Assembly: GCA_913020735.1 (NCBI GenBank)
Contig: CAJWBN010000001.1
Span: 1-53,393, forward strand
Source of the DNA: an uncultured Acidimicrobiaceae bacterium
GTDB taxonomy: Bacteria > Actinomycetota > Acidimicrobiia > Acidimicrobiales > Poriferisodalaceae
Reading direction: 5' to 3'
DNA: 53,393 bases
The notes below the pieces were generated by a model that saw nothing but the letters and a program-made list of their open reading frames with translations, did no database searches and was not told where the DNA came from. A program made the translations under genes and the position numbers. The stretch's first letter is position 1, and each line of letters begins with the position of its first letter. Shown piece after piece: positions 20,144-29,114 of this stretch.

Positions 20144-21343
20144 TTGATGTTTGAACGTCGAGTGACCCGAAGTGTGAATGTCGGAGGAGTGCAAGTAGGA
20201 GCAGGTGCTCCGATAAGCGTCCAATCGATGACGACCACTAAGACGGCAGACGCGGAAGCGACCCTCGAACAGATTTATGCGTTAGCCAGTTCGGGTGCTG
20301 AAATTGTTCGATGTACTTGTAATGAGGTAGAAGCCGCAGAAGGCTTAGCTCGCATCGTTCCCCGCTCACCGGTCCCGATTATCGCAGATATTCATTTTCA
20401 GTATCGGTTGGCGCTGGCAGCTCTGGACGCAGGAGTTGCGTGTTTGCGTCTTAACCCTGGAAACATTCGCAAAGAACAACATATAAAGGCCGTTGCTTCT
20501 GAAGCTCGCGATCGCGGTGTTCCGATTCGAATTGGTGTGAACGCTGGATCTCTCGACCCGGATATCGAAGAAAAGTATGGAATAACGGCTGTCGCGTTGG
20601 TTGAATCGGCGAAACGAGAGTTGGGTTACTTCGAAGAAGTCGGGTTCGATGCGGTGAAGATCTCCGTTAAGGCCAGCGACGTTCGGCTTATGGTTGATTC
20701 CTATCGGTTGTTAGCCGACACGGTTGACTTTCCATTGCATCTTGGAGTAACTGAAGCGGGGCCACCACCTGGCGGAATCTTGAAGGCTACTGCGGGTATA
20801 GCGACGCTACTTAATGAGGGAATAGGCGACACAATTCGTTACAGCCTTACAGCTGACCCGGTTGAGGAAGCAAAAGCGGGACGCCAGTTGTTGGAAGCTC
20901 TTGGCTTGCGCGAACGAAGCTCATTGGACCTAATTGCTTGCCCTTCATGTGGAAGAGCAGAAGTTGACGTCATCTCAATAGCTGCGATGGCGCAAGAAGC
21001 CCTTACGGAACTTCATTTGCCAATCCAGGTTGCGGTTATGGGCTGTGTGGTGAACGGTCCTGGGGAGGCTAAAGGAGCGGATCTAGGTATAGCCGCGGGC
21101 CGAAAAAGAGGGCACCTTTTTGTTCGAGGTCAAGTTGTCAAGGTTGTGCCAGAGGACCAGATGGTTGCTTCCTTAATTGAATGGGCGCAGAAAATTGCCT
21201 CTGATGGAGTCGAGGGAGCATTGGCTGCCGCGGATAAGTCAGCGGCAGCGGAAGCGGAAGCAGATCGGGCAGCCTTATTGGAAGTGCAAGGTGATGATGT
21301 GAATCAGTCAGATGCCATAGTTGAACTGATTCGGAAGCGTTAG
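20144..21343 (+). CDS. ispG: HMBPP synthase IspG
   Basis: VQSMTTT, ADIHF, RIGVNAGSL, CPSCGR, GCVVNGPGE. Confidence 0.97.
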   Translation: MMFERRVTRSVNVGGVQVGAGAPISVQSMTTTKTADAEATLEQIYALASSGAEIVRCTCNEVEAAEGLARIVPRSPVPIIADIHFQYRLALAALDAGVACLRLNPGNIRKEQHIKAVASEARDRGVPIRIGVNAGSLDPDIEEKYGITAVALVESAKRELGYFEEVGFDAVKISVKASDVRLMVDSYRLLADTVDFPLHLGVTEAGPPPGGILKATAGIATLLNEGIGDTIRYSLTADPVEEAKAGRQLLEALGLRERSSLDLIACPSCGRAEVDVISIAAMAQEALTELHLPIQVAVMGCVVNGPGEAKGADLGIAAGRKRGHLFVRGQVVKVVPEDQMVASLIEWAQKIASDGVEGALAAADKSAAAEAEADRAALLEVQGDDVNQSDAIVELIRKR

Positions 21344-21426
21344 GGCAGCTATCTAGCCTGGCACGCCGAAGTTGGTTAGTGCTCGGAGACTGGTACCATG
21401 ACGGTAACAGGTCAGCTTTTTTTGCT

Positions 21427-21454
21427 GGACGTGGGCGTCGCCCACGTCCTTTTT
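21427..21454 (+). promoter_or_regulatory. rimP-leader terminator-like hairpin
   Basis: Perfect 10-bp stem GGACGTGGGC-gtc-GCCCACGTCC followed by TTTTT, ~50 nt upstream of rimP; matches the known widespread rimP leader (GGGC...GCCC core). Confidence 0.8.
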
Positions 21455-21504
21455 CTTGGCCTAAAAGAATCTCAAGCTCTCAGATAAGGCGAAGTGGAGG
21501 GGTG

Positions 21505-22038
21505 ATGAATACGGACTCTCAAAGTCACCTCGAACCCATCTTTTCGTTGGTTGAGCCACTAGTCGAAGCCGCTGGGCACACGCTGTATGACATTCAGCAA
21601 AACGGTGGAACATTAGCCGTTCTCGTTAATAGCGATGAAGGACTTGGCGTTGACGACCTGTCGCTTTTAAGCCGATCGGTATCTGCGATATTGGATGAGC
21701 ATGACCCAATACCTGGAAGATATACGTTGGAGATTTCTACTCCTGGAGTTGAACGTCGCCTTAGAGAGGAAAAGCATTTCGAGGGTGCTTTAGGAGAGGT
21801 CGTAAACATAAGGACTAATCCGGGCCCTGAAGGTCGGCGTCGGATCGTAGGGACCTTGGTTGATGTCGACAGCGGGGTATTGACTGTTGATACCTCTGAT
21901 CTGGGTGCGACCATAGTTCCTCTGACAGAAGTGGAAAAGGCGCGAACAGTGTTCGAATGGGGACCTGCTCCGAAGCCAGGTGCATCTGGCAAAAAAAATG
22001 GATCTAACAATAACCACAAGGGAGGAAGTCCACGATGA
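21505..22038 (+). CDS. rimP: Ribosome maturation factor RimP
   Basis: LDEHDPIPGRYTLEISTPGVERRL; ATG 21505 follows GGAGG. Confidence 0.93.
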   Translation: MNTDSQSHLEPIFSLVEPLVEAAGHTLYDIQQNGGTLAVLVNSDEGLGVDDLSLLSRSVSAILDEHDPIPGRYTLEISTPGVERRLREEKHFEGALGEVVNIRTNPGPEGRRRIVGTLVDVDSGVLTVDTSDLGATIVPLTEVEKARTVFEWGPAPKPGASGKKNGSNNNHKGGSPR

Positions 22039-23342
22039 CTACCCCGGACATGATGGAAGCTCTTCAAGCTCTTGCTGCTGAGAAAGGAATGACGACTGAG
22101 TTGCTCCTGGAGGCCGTGGCGAATGGTCTCGAATCTGCGTATAAGAGAATGCCTGAAGCTGCCGACGATGCGTACGTCGTCATAGATGAGATGTTCAATA
22201 TCTCTGTGATTGCGCAAGAGATTGATGAGGAAGGCAATGTTGTCCAAGAATGGGACGATACGCCTGAAAATTTCGGGAGGATTGCGGCTCAGACTGCAAG
22301 ACAGGTCTTGACTCAGCGAATTCGCGAAGTCGAGCGTGACATGAAATATGACGAATATGCGGGTCGTGAGGGCGACATTGTGACTGGCATCATTCAGCAG
22401 ACGGATTCGCGTTACACGCTCCTCGATCTGGGTCGGGTCGAAGCGTTGTTGCCGCAATCGGAGCAGGTTCCTTATGAGAGGCCGGAACCGAATAGTCGAC
22501 TGAAGGCTTACATCGTGGAGGTTCGAAAGACTGCCAAGGGCCCTCAGATCGTAGTGTCGAGAACTCATCCGGGACTAATTCGAGAATTGTTTAAGCTCGA
22601 AGTTCCAGAAATTAGTGATGGAATTGTTGAGATGAAGGCCTGCGCTAGAGAGCCAGGACATCGAACAAAAATTGCGGTTTGGTCAAATGACACCAATATT
22701 GATCCAGTAGGGGCTTGCGTTGGTGCCCGAGGTGCTCGTGTTCGACAGGTAGTCAACGAGCTACGTGGCGAAAAAATTGACATTGTGCCTTTTTCGGAGG
22801 ATCAACATGACTTTGTGGCGAAAGCTTTGTCGCCGGCAAAGGTAAAGGAGGTGCGATTTCATGAAGTTGAGGGTGTTGCTGAAGTTGTCGTGCCAGATCA
22901 TCAATTGTCGTTGGCCATTGGGCGCGAGGGGCAAAATGCTCGATTGGCTGCCCGTCTAACTGGTTGGAGAATCGACATTAAAAGCGAAACGCAGATTCTT
23001 GATGAAGAGAATGCTTACGCTGATGGGGACTGGGCTGAAGGTGAGTGGGTCACTGACGCCGAGACAGGTGAGCAAACCTGGGTGCCAGCTGACGGAAGTG
23101 CAGCAATGTCCGCTGATGATTGGGCGACTGCGGCGGAAGAAGCTGTGGCAGAAGAGAATCCCGATGAAGCCTTATCTGACGACGAAAGTGAGGTCACTGA
23201 GTCGGCAGCAGAGGATTCTGCGATGGAAGAAAGCTCCGAAGAGGCTGTGGTTGTTGAGGGAACTGAGGGCGCTGAATCCACAATTGAAGCAGAGGACGAT
23301 CAAGAAACTCTTGAAGAGGAAGAAGAACAGCCGAATAACTGA
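22035..23342 (+). CDS. nusA: Transcription factor NusA
   Basis: [12 protein letters not shown]1 domain, [25 protein letters not shown]; acidic tail. Confidence 0.97.
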   Translation: MTTPDMMEALQALAAEKGMTTELLLEAVANGLESAYKRMPEAADDAYVVIDEMFNISVIAQEIDEEGNVVQEWDDTPENFGRIAAQTARQVLTQRIREVERDMKYDEYAGREGDIVTGIIQQTDSRYTLLDLGRVEALLPQSEQVPYERPEPNSRLKAYIVEVRKTAKGPQIVVSRTHPGLIRELFKLEVPEISDGIVEMKACAREPGHRTKIAVWSNDTNIDPVGACVGARGARVRQVVNELRGEKIDIVPFSEDQHDFVAKALSPAKVKEVRFHEVEGVAEVVVPDHQLSLAIGREGQNARLAARLTGWRIDIKSETQILDEENAYADGDWAEGEWVTDAETGEQTWVPADGSAAMSADDWATAAEEAVAEENPDEALSDDESEVTESAAEDSAMEESSEEAVVVEGTEGAESTIEAEDDQETLEEEEEQPNN

Positions 23343-23489
23343 CCACCAGCGGGCGAGATACCCGGTAGCGTGACTGTTCGGTCTACAGCATGATTATCTA
23401 CCGGATCCTCGTCACTGTCTGCGAAGATGGATGACGTAGGGAACTACCCACTGCTACTCATTGACCTAAACGACAAGTAAGGAACGCGT

Positions 23490-26240
23490 TTGCCCAAGAA
23501 TCCACGGGTATATGAACTCGCAAGAGAGTTGGGTTTGACCAACGATGAGACGCTCGCGCTCTGCGACGCGCTTGGTATCGGAGTCAAAAGTCATTCATCA
23601 AGCGTCCAAATTGCTCAGGCTGATCGGGTTCGACGTAAAGCCGAACGAGAAGGTTTAGTACGAGAAGAGCAACCTCCGGACCCAGAAGACGAGAAGAAGG
23701 CGCCAGCGAAGAAGAAGGCGCCAGCGAAGAAGAAGGCACCCGCGAAGAAGGCGCCAGCGAAGAAGAAGGCACCCGCGAAGAAGGCGCCAGCAGCGCAAGC
23801 TCCAACTCCGCCCCAAGAAGAGGTTCCAGCAGTAGCGGAGGAGATTGATAGTCCCCCTGTAGATGTAGGTCCGCCGCCGTCTAGCCCGCCTGCTCGTCCT
23901 CTCGTGACCTCTAGTGGTCAAGAGCCTGCTCGTCGTACTGCTGAAGAGCCTTCGAGTCGCTCAGTACCAAAAACTGAGGAGACGACCGTCGGTCGAGAAG
24001 AGCAGACCAGTCGAGAAGAAGAGCAGACCAGTCGAGATATCGGGTCTGCGCCGTCGGCGCCGCCACCTAGGATGCCGGCCCCACCGCGTTCAGGAAGTGG
24101 CAAGCGCATTCCGCCACCTCCTGGAGCCCCACCAAAATCAGGTTCGGGCCGCTCAATACCGCCTCCACCGGGCCCACCACGAGCGCGACGAGCAGACAAT
24201 GTTGGTTCTCCTAGCGGCCCGCGACCGGGGGGTCGTTCAACTAGTGGCCCACGTGGATCTGGTGGTCCGGGTGGTCCGGGTGGCCCGGGTGGCCCACCTG
24301 TTGGTCCCGACGGCCCAGGCGGCCGTCCAGGTAGCCGACCTGGAGGCCCTAGAGGTGGTCCTCAGCAACGACGGGGAAGAAAACAGAAGCGGCGTAGACG
24401 CCAACAAGAAGAACTGCAGCCACAAGAGATGGCTGCCTATACCCCAGTCGACGCTCCAGTCCCCGAAGGGGAGATTGTTGTTGAAAGGGGTTCAACGGCT
24501 CAAGAAGTTGCCAGCAAAATGAATCGATCAGCAGCAGATGTCGTCAGATTCTTGTTGCAACAGGGAGAGATGGTTACGGCCACTCAATCTCTCAGCGATG
24601 ACATGGTTGAACTCTTTGCCGCTGAATTAGGCGCAGAAATTAGGATTGTCGACCCGGGTGCAGAGCAAGAAGAAGAGATTCTCAAAGTTCTAGATATTGA
24701 CCTTGACGCGTCTGGGACGGCGCCACGTCCGCCTGTAGTTACGGTTATGGGTCACGTGGACCACGGCAAAACCTTGTTGCTGGACCGTATTCGTTCTTCA
24801 AACGTTGCGGACGGTGAAGCTGGGGGCATTACCCAACACATCGGTGCATACCAGGTTGAGCGGAACGGCCAAGCACTGACCTTTATAGACACTCCAGGTC
24901 ACGCCGCGTTTACGAGTATGCGTGCTCGGGGAGCGCAAGCTACCGACATAGTCATTTTGGTTGTAGCGGCAGATGACGGAGTTATGCCGCAAACTTTGGA
25001 GGCGATGGACCACGCTCGAGCTGCAGAGGTTCCGATTGTTGTGGCTATTAACAAGATGGACCGAGAAGGTGCCGACGCAAATCGGGTCTTGGCGCAACTT
25101 GCAGAAAGAGATTTGATTCCTGAGTCATATGGAGGCGATGTCATAACTGTCCCTGTATCAGCGATGACAGAGGAAGGTGTTGATGATCTTTTAGATCAGA
25201 TTGTTCTCGTCGCCGAGCTGGAAGAACTTCAAGCAAGCCCAGATGGGCGGGCTATCGGAACAGTTCTTGAAGCCAATCTTGATAAGGGAAGAGGGCCTGT
25301 AGCCACCGTTCTTGTGCAACAAGGCACTCTCTCCGTAGGTGACCCTATGGTTGCTGGTGCGGCATGGGGCCGAGTAAGAGCAATGGTTGATGATCGAGGT
25401 AATGCTGTCACGGAAGCCGGACCTTCGGCTCCGGTTGAAGTATTAGGTCTTTCAGAAGTTCCCAGGTCTGGCGATATGTTCACGGTTGCACCGGATGAGA
25501 AGACTGCTAGTCGTGTTGCTGATACTCGAGAGCATTGGCAACGTCAGGCAAATATGGCTACCGCATCAAGCTCTGGGGGCGGGGGCGCCAAACTAGAAGA
25601 CATCTTCAAACAGATCCAAGCAGGTGAAGCAACTACCTTGAATCTTGTTTTGAAGGCTGATGTTCACGGCTCCTTGGAAGCCGTTACGGAAAGCTTACGT
25701 AAACTCGAACGCGACGATGTCAAACTTGCTTTTGTAAGTCGAGGCGTCGGCGGTGTAAATGAAAATGACATCCAGTTAGCGGTTGCTTCCAATGCAACAA
25801 TCCTTGGGTTCAACGTTCGGCCTGACAGAAAAGCTCGAGAAGCAGCTGAGGCAGAGAATGTCGAAATCCGGCTATACGAAATCATTTACCAGCTCCTCGA
25901 AGATATTGAAAACGCCATGTTGGGAATGCTTGAACCCGAATTTGAAGAGATCGTGACGGGCGAAGCTCATGTCCGTCAAGTGTTTCGGATATCGGGTGTC
26001 GGACCCATCGCGGGCTGTTTCGTTGAAAATGGAACTATTGCCGATCGAGCCAAGGTCAGATTCTTACGCGAAGGCGTCATCATCTGGAAGGGTGAAGTCG
26101 CTTCCCTGCGTCACTTCCAGGATCCGACAAGCCAAGTCACAGCTGGCATGGAGTGCGGTATAGGGCTGTCGGATTTCACTGACCTCAAAGAAGGCGACGT
26201 CATTGAAACATATGACGAGCGGGAGATCCCGATCGCCTAG
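23490..26240 (+). CDS. infB: Translation initiation factor IF-2
   Basis: [36 protein letters not shown]. Confidence 0.97.
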   Translation: MPKNPRVYELARELGLTNDETLALCDALGIGVKSHSSSVQIAQADRVRRKAEREGLVREEQPPDPEDEKKAPAKKKAPAKKKAPAKKAPAKKKAPAKKAPAAQAPTPPQEEVPAVAEEIDSPPVDVGPPPSSPPARPLVTSSGQEPARRTAEEPSSRSVPKTEETTVGREEQTSREEEQTSRDIGSAPSAPPPRMPAPPRSGSGKRIPPPPGAPPKSGSGRSIPPPPGPPRARRADNVGSPSGPRPGGRSTSGPRGSGGPGGPGGPGGPPVGPDGPGGRPGSRPGGPRGGPQQRRGRKQKRRRRQQEELQPQEMAAYTPVDAPVPEGEIVVERGSTAQEVASKMNRSAADVVRFLLQQGEMVTATQSLSDDMVELFAAELGAEIRIVDPGAEQEEEILKVLDIDLDASGTAPRPPVVTVMGHVDHGKTLLLDRIRSSNVADGEAGGITQHIGAYQVERNGQALTFIDTPGHAAFTSMRARGAQATDIVILVVAADDGVMPQTLEAMDHARAAEVPIVVAINKMDREGADANRVLAQLAERDLIPESYGGDVITVPVSAMTEEGVDDLLDQIVLVAELEELQASPDGRAIGTVLEANLDKGRGPVATVLVQQGTLSVGDPMVAGAAWGRVRAMVDDRGNAVTEAGPSAPVEVLGLSEVPRSGDMFTVAPDEKTASRVADTREHWQRQANMATASSSGGGGAKLEDIFKQIQAGEATTLNLVLKADVHGSLEAVTESLRKLERDDVKLAFVSRGVGGVNENDIQLAVASNATILGFNVRPDRKAREAAEAENVEIRLYEIIYQLLEDIENAMLGMLEPEFEEIVTGEAHVRQVFRISGVGPIAGCFVENGTIADRAKVRFLREGVIIWKGEVASLRHFQDPTSQVTAGMECGIGLSDFTDLKEGDVIETYDEREIPIA
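23694..23792 (+). repeat. Coding tandem repeat of 15/18-bp units encoding (K)KKAPA x6 in IF-2
   Basis: (aag)aagaaggc(g/a)cc(a/c)gc(g/a) x6, including a near-exact 33-bp higher-order duplication. Confidence 0.9.
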
Positions 26241-26270
26241 CGAAATTAGGTTGACTCGAGAGGCTGGCTG

Positions 26271-26672
26271 ATGAACAAAAAACGGGGTCGCCAGGTAAGA
26301 AGCGGACAAAACTATGACCGTACCGATCGCGTCTCTGGGTTGATTCGTGAAATCGTGGCAAGCGAGTTAGAGCGCATAGATGATCCCCGCCTGTTTTTGA
26401 TTTCCTTAACCGGGGTAGACGTTGATCGCGAATTAGCTCATGCCACCGTATGGTTCCACGCTTCTGAAGATGATGATCTTGAAGAAGTGACTGAAGCGTT
26501 TGAAAGTCACCGGCAAAGAATGCAACAAGCTCTAAGTCGTCAATCCAGAATGCGTCGAACTCCCGCTATTCACTTTCAAGCCGACAGATCAATCCAAGAA
26601 GCTGGGCGGATCGAATCGATCCTGGAAGAACTAAATATGGACGGATCGGGTAGGCAGACTGAAGCTGATTAA
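26271..26672 (+). CDS. rbfA: Ribosome-binding factor A
   Basis: RTDRVSGLIREIVA, DDPRL, MRRTPAIHFQAD; follows infB. Confidence 0.92.
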   Translation: MNKKRGRQVRSGQNYDRTDRVSGLIREIVASELERIDDPRLFLISLTGVDVDRELAHATVWFHASEDDDLEEVTEAFESHRQRMQQALSRQSRMRRTPAIHFQADRSIQEAGRIESILEELNMDGSGRQTEAD

Positions 26673-27535
26673 TGGGACGTAAGCCAGCAACCGTTCATGG
26701 AATGGTCCTCATCGATAAGCCAGCGGGCATAACGTCTCATGATGTCGTGGCTCAATTGCGTAAACGTTTCGGCGAACGTCGAATTGGTCATGCTGGAACT
26801 TTGGACCCTGATGCCACGGGTCTACTCGTAATCGGGGTAGGAAAGGCCACCAGATTGCTGCGCTTCGCGACAGCTTCATTCAAGACCTACGAAGTTGAAA
26901 TAGTTTTAGGTATTGAGACTGACACTCTGGACTCTTCAGGCCAGGTTGTGGCCGAACATCGAATGTCAGTAGGGCCGGCTGAAGTTCTTGAAGCAGCTAG
27001 CGCGCTTACCGGAAAAATCGAACAAATCCCACCGATGGTGTCGGCACGGCGAGTAGGAGGTCGGAGATTGCACGAGCTGGCTCGCGAGGGTATTGAAGTC
27101 GATCGCGAAGCTCGCGTGGTCCAAATACGTAAATTTGATATTCGACCGACCGATGACCCGCTGATCTGGCGTGCTGTTGTTGACTGCTCTGCAGGTACCT
27201 ACATAAGGACTTTGGGTGCTGATCTTGGAATTGCACTTCAAGGTGGAGCTCACATACGCAATCTGCGGAGAACACGAAGCGGGGTTTTCGATCTTCAAGA
27301 GAGCGACACAGTTGATAAAGCCACCCTGCAACCAGTGTTAGAGCTTGTCAGAGGTCTCGATCGCGTTGTCTTAACCGATGAAGAGATGCCACTGGTGCGA
27401 AACGGCGGCAGATTGGTAAACGAACGAACAGAGGGTGCAGGACCTTGGGCACTGACTGATTCGTCTTCGAACTTGATCGCTGTGCACGAAAAGATAGATG
27501 ACCAAGTGGTCGTGGGAGTTGTTTTGCCGGACTAG
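26672..27535 (+). CDS. truB: tRNA pseudouridine(55) synthase
   Basis: IDKPAGITSHD, GHAGTLDPDATG, CSAGTYIRTL. Confidence 0.96.
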   Translation: MGRKPATVHGMVLIDKPAGITSHDVVAQLRKRFGERRIGHAGTLDPDATGLLVIGVGKATRLLRFATASFKTYEVEIVLGIETDTLDSSGQVVAEHRMSVGPAEVLEAASALTGKIEQIPPMVSARRVGGRRLHELAREGIEVDREARVVQIRKFDIRPTDDPLIWRAVVDCSAGTYIRTLGADLGIALQGGAHIRNLRRTRSGVFDLQESDTVDKATLQPVLELVRGLDRVVLTDEEMPLVRNGGRLVNERTEGAGPWALTDSSSNLIAVHEKIDDQVVVGVVLPD

Positions 27536-27611
27536 CGAGCTTCAAAAATAAGGCTAGATGTATTGATGTTTCTGAGTCGCACTCAGACGGCCGTCCCGGT
27601 AACTTGAGCTT

Positions 27612-28556
27612 GTGGAGATCATTCGCGACCTTGCATGGTCGCCAACCCTGGAGCAAGGCAGCGTAGTAACCGTCGGAGAATACGATGGAGTTCATCGAGG
27701 TCATCGAACCATCGTTTCTGAAATGCACCGGATGGCTGCAGAACGCGGATGTGCCACTGCGGTAGTCACATTTGATCGACACCCGGCCACTGTCGTCCGG
27801 CCTGAATCTGCACCGTTGCTGTTATGTGACCTAGATCACAAGCTGGAGCTTTTGGCTGAGACCGGGGTTGACTACACCTTGGTCGTTGAATTCACTCCGG
27901 AACAAGCGGAGGTCCCCGCAGAAATTTTTGCGCGGCAAGTACTTGTTGATTGTCTCCAAGCTCGAGCTGTTGTTGTGGGCGCAGATTTTCATTTCGGAAA
28001 GGGCCGCCGCGGAAACGTTGAAACTCTCGGCGCAGTCGGCGAAGAGTTTGGATACGAGGTGATAGGCCTTCCTCTGGTCAAACACTTGACTGGTGAAGGA
28101 GAAGTAATTTCATCGACTTCCATACGGGCAGCTTTATCTGATGGAGATGTTGAGAAAGCCCACCGACTCTTGGGACGACCTTTCGAAGTTAGAGGCGTTG
28201 TAACTCCCGGTGATCGAAGAGGGCGAACGATTGGGTTTCCCACGGCGAATATTCCCACTACAAGCGACTTGCAGGTGCCTGCCGACGGGGTATACGCGGC
28301 TTGGTACATCCGTGAGGACGGAAAGCAATATCCCGCCGCCGTAAACATTGGTAAGCGGCCCACTTTTTATGACGATGCCGATAGATCATTGATTGAGGCT
28401 CATTTGCTCGGGTTTAGAGGAGACTTGTACGGAGAATCAGCGAAAGTGCGTTTTGTGCGCCGGTTACGTGGTGAAAGAAAATTTGAAGGTGTAGAGGCTT
28501 TAAAGGAACAGCTTGTTAAAGATGTGGCTGATGCTTCTAAGTGCTTGTCTGAGTAA
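27612..28556 (+). CDS. ribF: Bifunctional riboflavin kinase/FAD synthetase
   Basis: DGVHRGH, ISSTSIR, GRTIGFPTAN, NIGKRPTF. Confidence 0.96.
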   Translation: MEIIRDLAWSPTLEQGSVVTVGEYDGVHRGHRTIVSEMHRMAAERGCATAVVTFDRHPATVVRPESAPLLLCDLDHKLELLAETGVDYTLVVEFTPEQAEVPAEIFARQVLVDCLQARAVVVGADFHFGKGRRGNVETLGAVGEEFGYEVIGLPLVKHLTGEGEVISSTSIRAALSDGDVEKAHRLLGRPFEVRGVVTPGDRRGRTIGFPTANIPTTSDLQVPADGVYAAWYIREDGKQYPAAVNIGKRPTFYDDADRSLIEAHLLGFRGDLYGESAKVRFVRRLRGERKFEGVEALKEQLVKDVADASKCLSE

Positions 28557-28683
28557 GGACACACCTGCATGAAGTCGAAACTTGGCTGTTAGAATGCCCT
28601 TTGGCGCGTAATTAGCGTGCCGGCCAAAAGCCGCAACACCAACCACGAAGCGGCCCGAAGTTATATCCCGAGGAAATAGAAAT

Positions 28684-28941
28684 ATGGCCGAAAAATCCGA
28701 CACCATGATGGCGCACCGGCAACACGACACCGATACAGGCTCACCAGAAGTACAGGTTGCGCTTCTTACCGACCGGATCAACGATCTCACCGAACATTTG
28801 AAGAACCACCAAAAGGACCACCACAGCCGGCGCGGGTTACTAAAACTCGTAGGACGCCGCCGCCGACTATTGAACTATCTCGACAATAATGACGTTGAGC
28901 GTTACCGAGCGCTGATTGCCAAACTCGGTTTACGTCGCTGA
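28684..28941 (+). CDS. rpsO: 30S ribosomal protein S15
   Basis: [33 protein letters not shown]. Confidence 0.97.
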   Translation: MAEKSDTMMAHRQHDTDTGSPEVQVALLTDRINDLTEHLKNHQKDHHSRRGLLKLVGRRRRLLNYLDNNDVERYRALIAKLGLRR

Positions 28942-28942
28942 T

Positions 28943-28973
28943 CGACAACGGTGGCTTTCGGCTGCCGATGTCG
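28943..28973 (+). terminator. Hairpin immediately after rpsO (terminator or processing stem)
   Basis: CGACA-a-CGGTGGC-tttcg-GCTGCCG-a-TGTCG; no strong U-tract. Confidence 0.5.
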
Positions 28974-29001
28974 CTATCGATTGAAGCTCACAGAGACCCC
29001 A

Positions 29002-29095
29002 ATTCAGCACCAATTGGTTGTCGTCGCTCCCTCACCTAATCCGGAGTGGCCGACGTCTACCAACTGAATGCAAATTATGGCGAGAAGGCCTCGCC
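29002..29095 (+). promoter_or_regulatory. Structured pnp 5' leader (long stem, possible RNase III site; actino-pnp-like)
   Basis: ATTCAG/CTGAAT, TTGGT/ACCAA and GTCG-TCGCTCC/GGAGTGG-c-CGAC stems, then GGCGAG/CTCGCC abutting the AAGGAG RBS. Confidence 0.6.
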
Positions 29096-29114
29096 GAAGG
29101 AGTAGAAGAAAACT

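Noticed and set aside
21594-22568. 324-aa antisense ORF over rimP/nusA
   Set aside because: Shadow of strongly conserved + strand genes; no recognisable motif or start signal.
23694-23792. Tandem repeats as a possible CRISPR array
   Set aside because: No unique spacers; repeats are in-frame coding sequence; no cas genes.
23914-24522. 202-aa alternative-frame ORF within infB
   Set aside because: Arises from the GC-rich low-complexity Pro/Gly region, which lacks stops; no RBS or domain.
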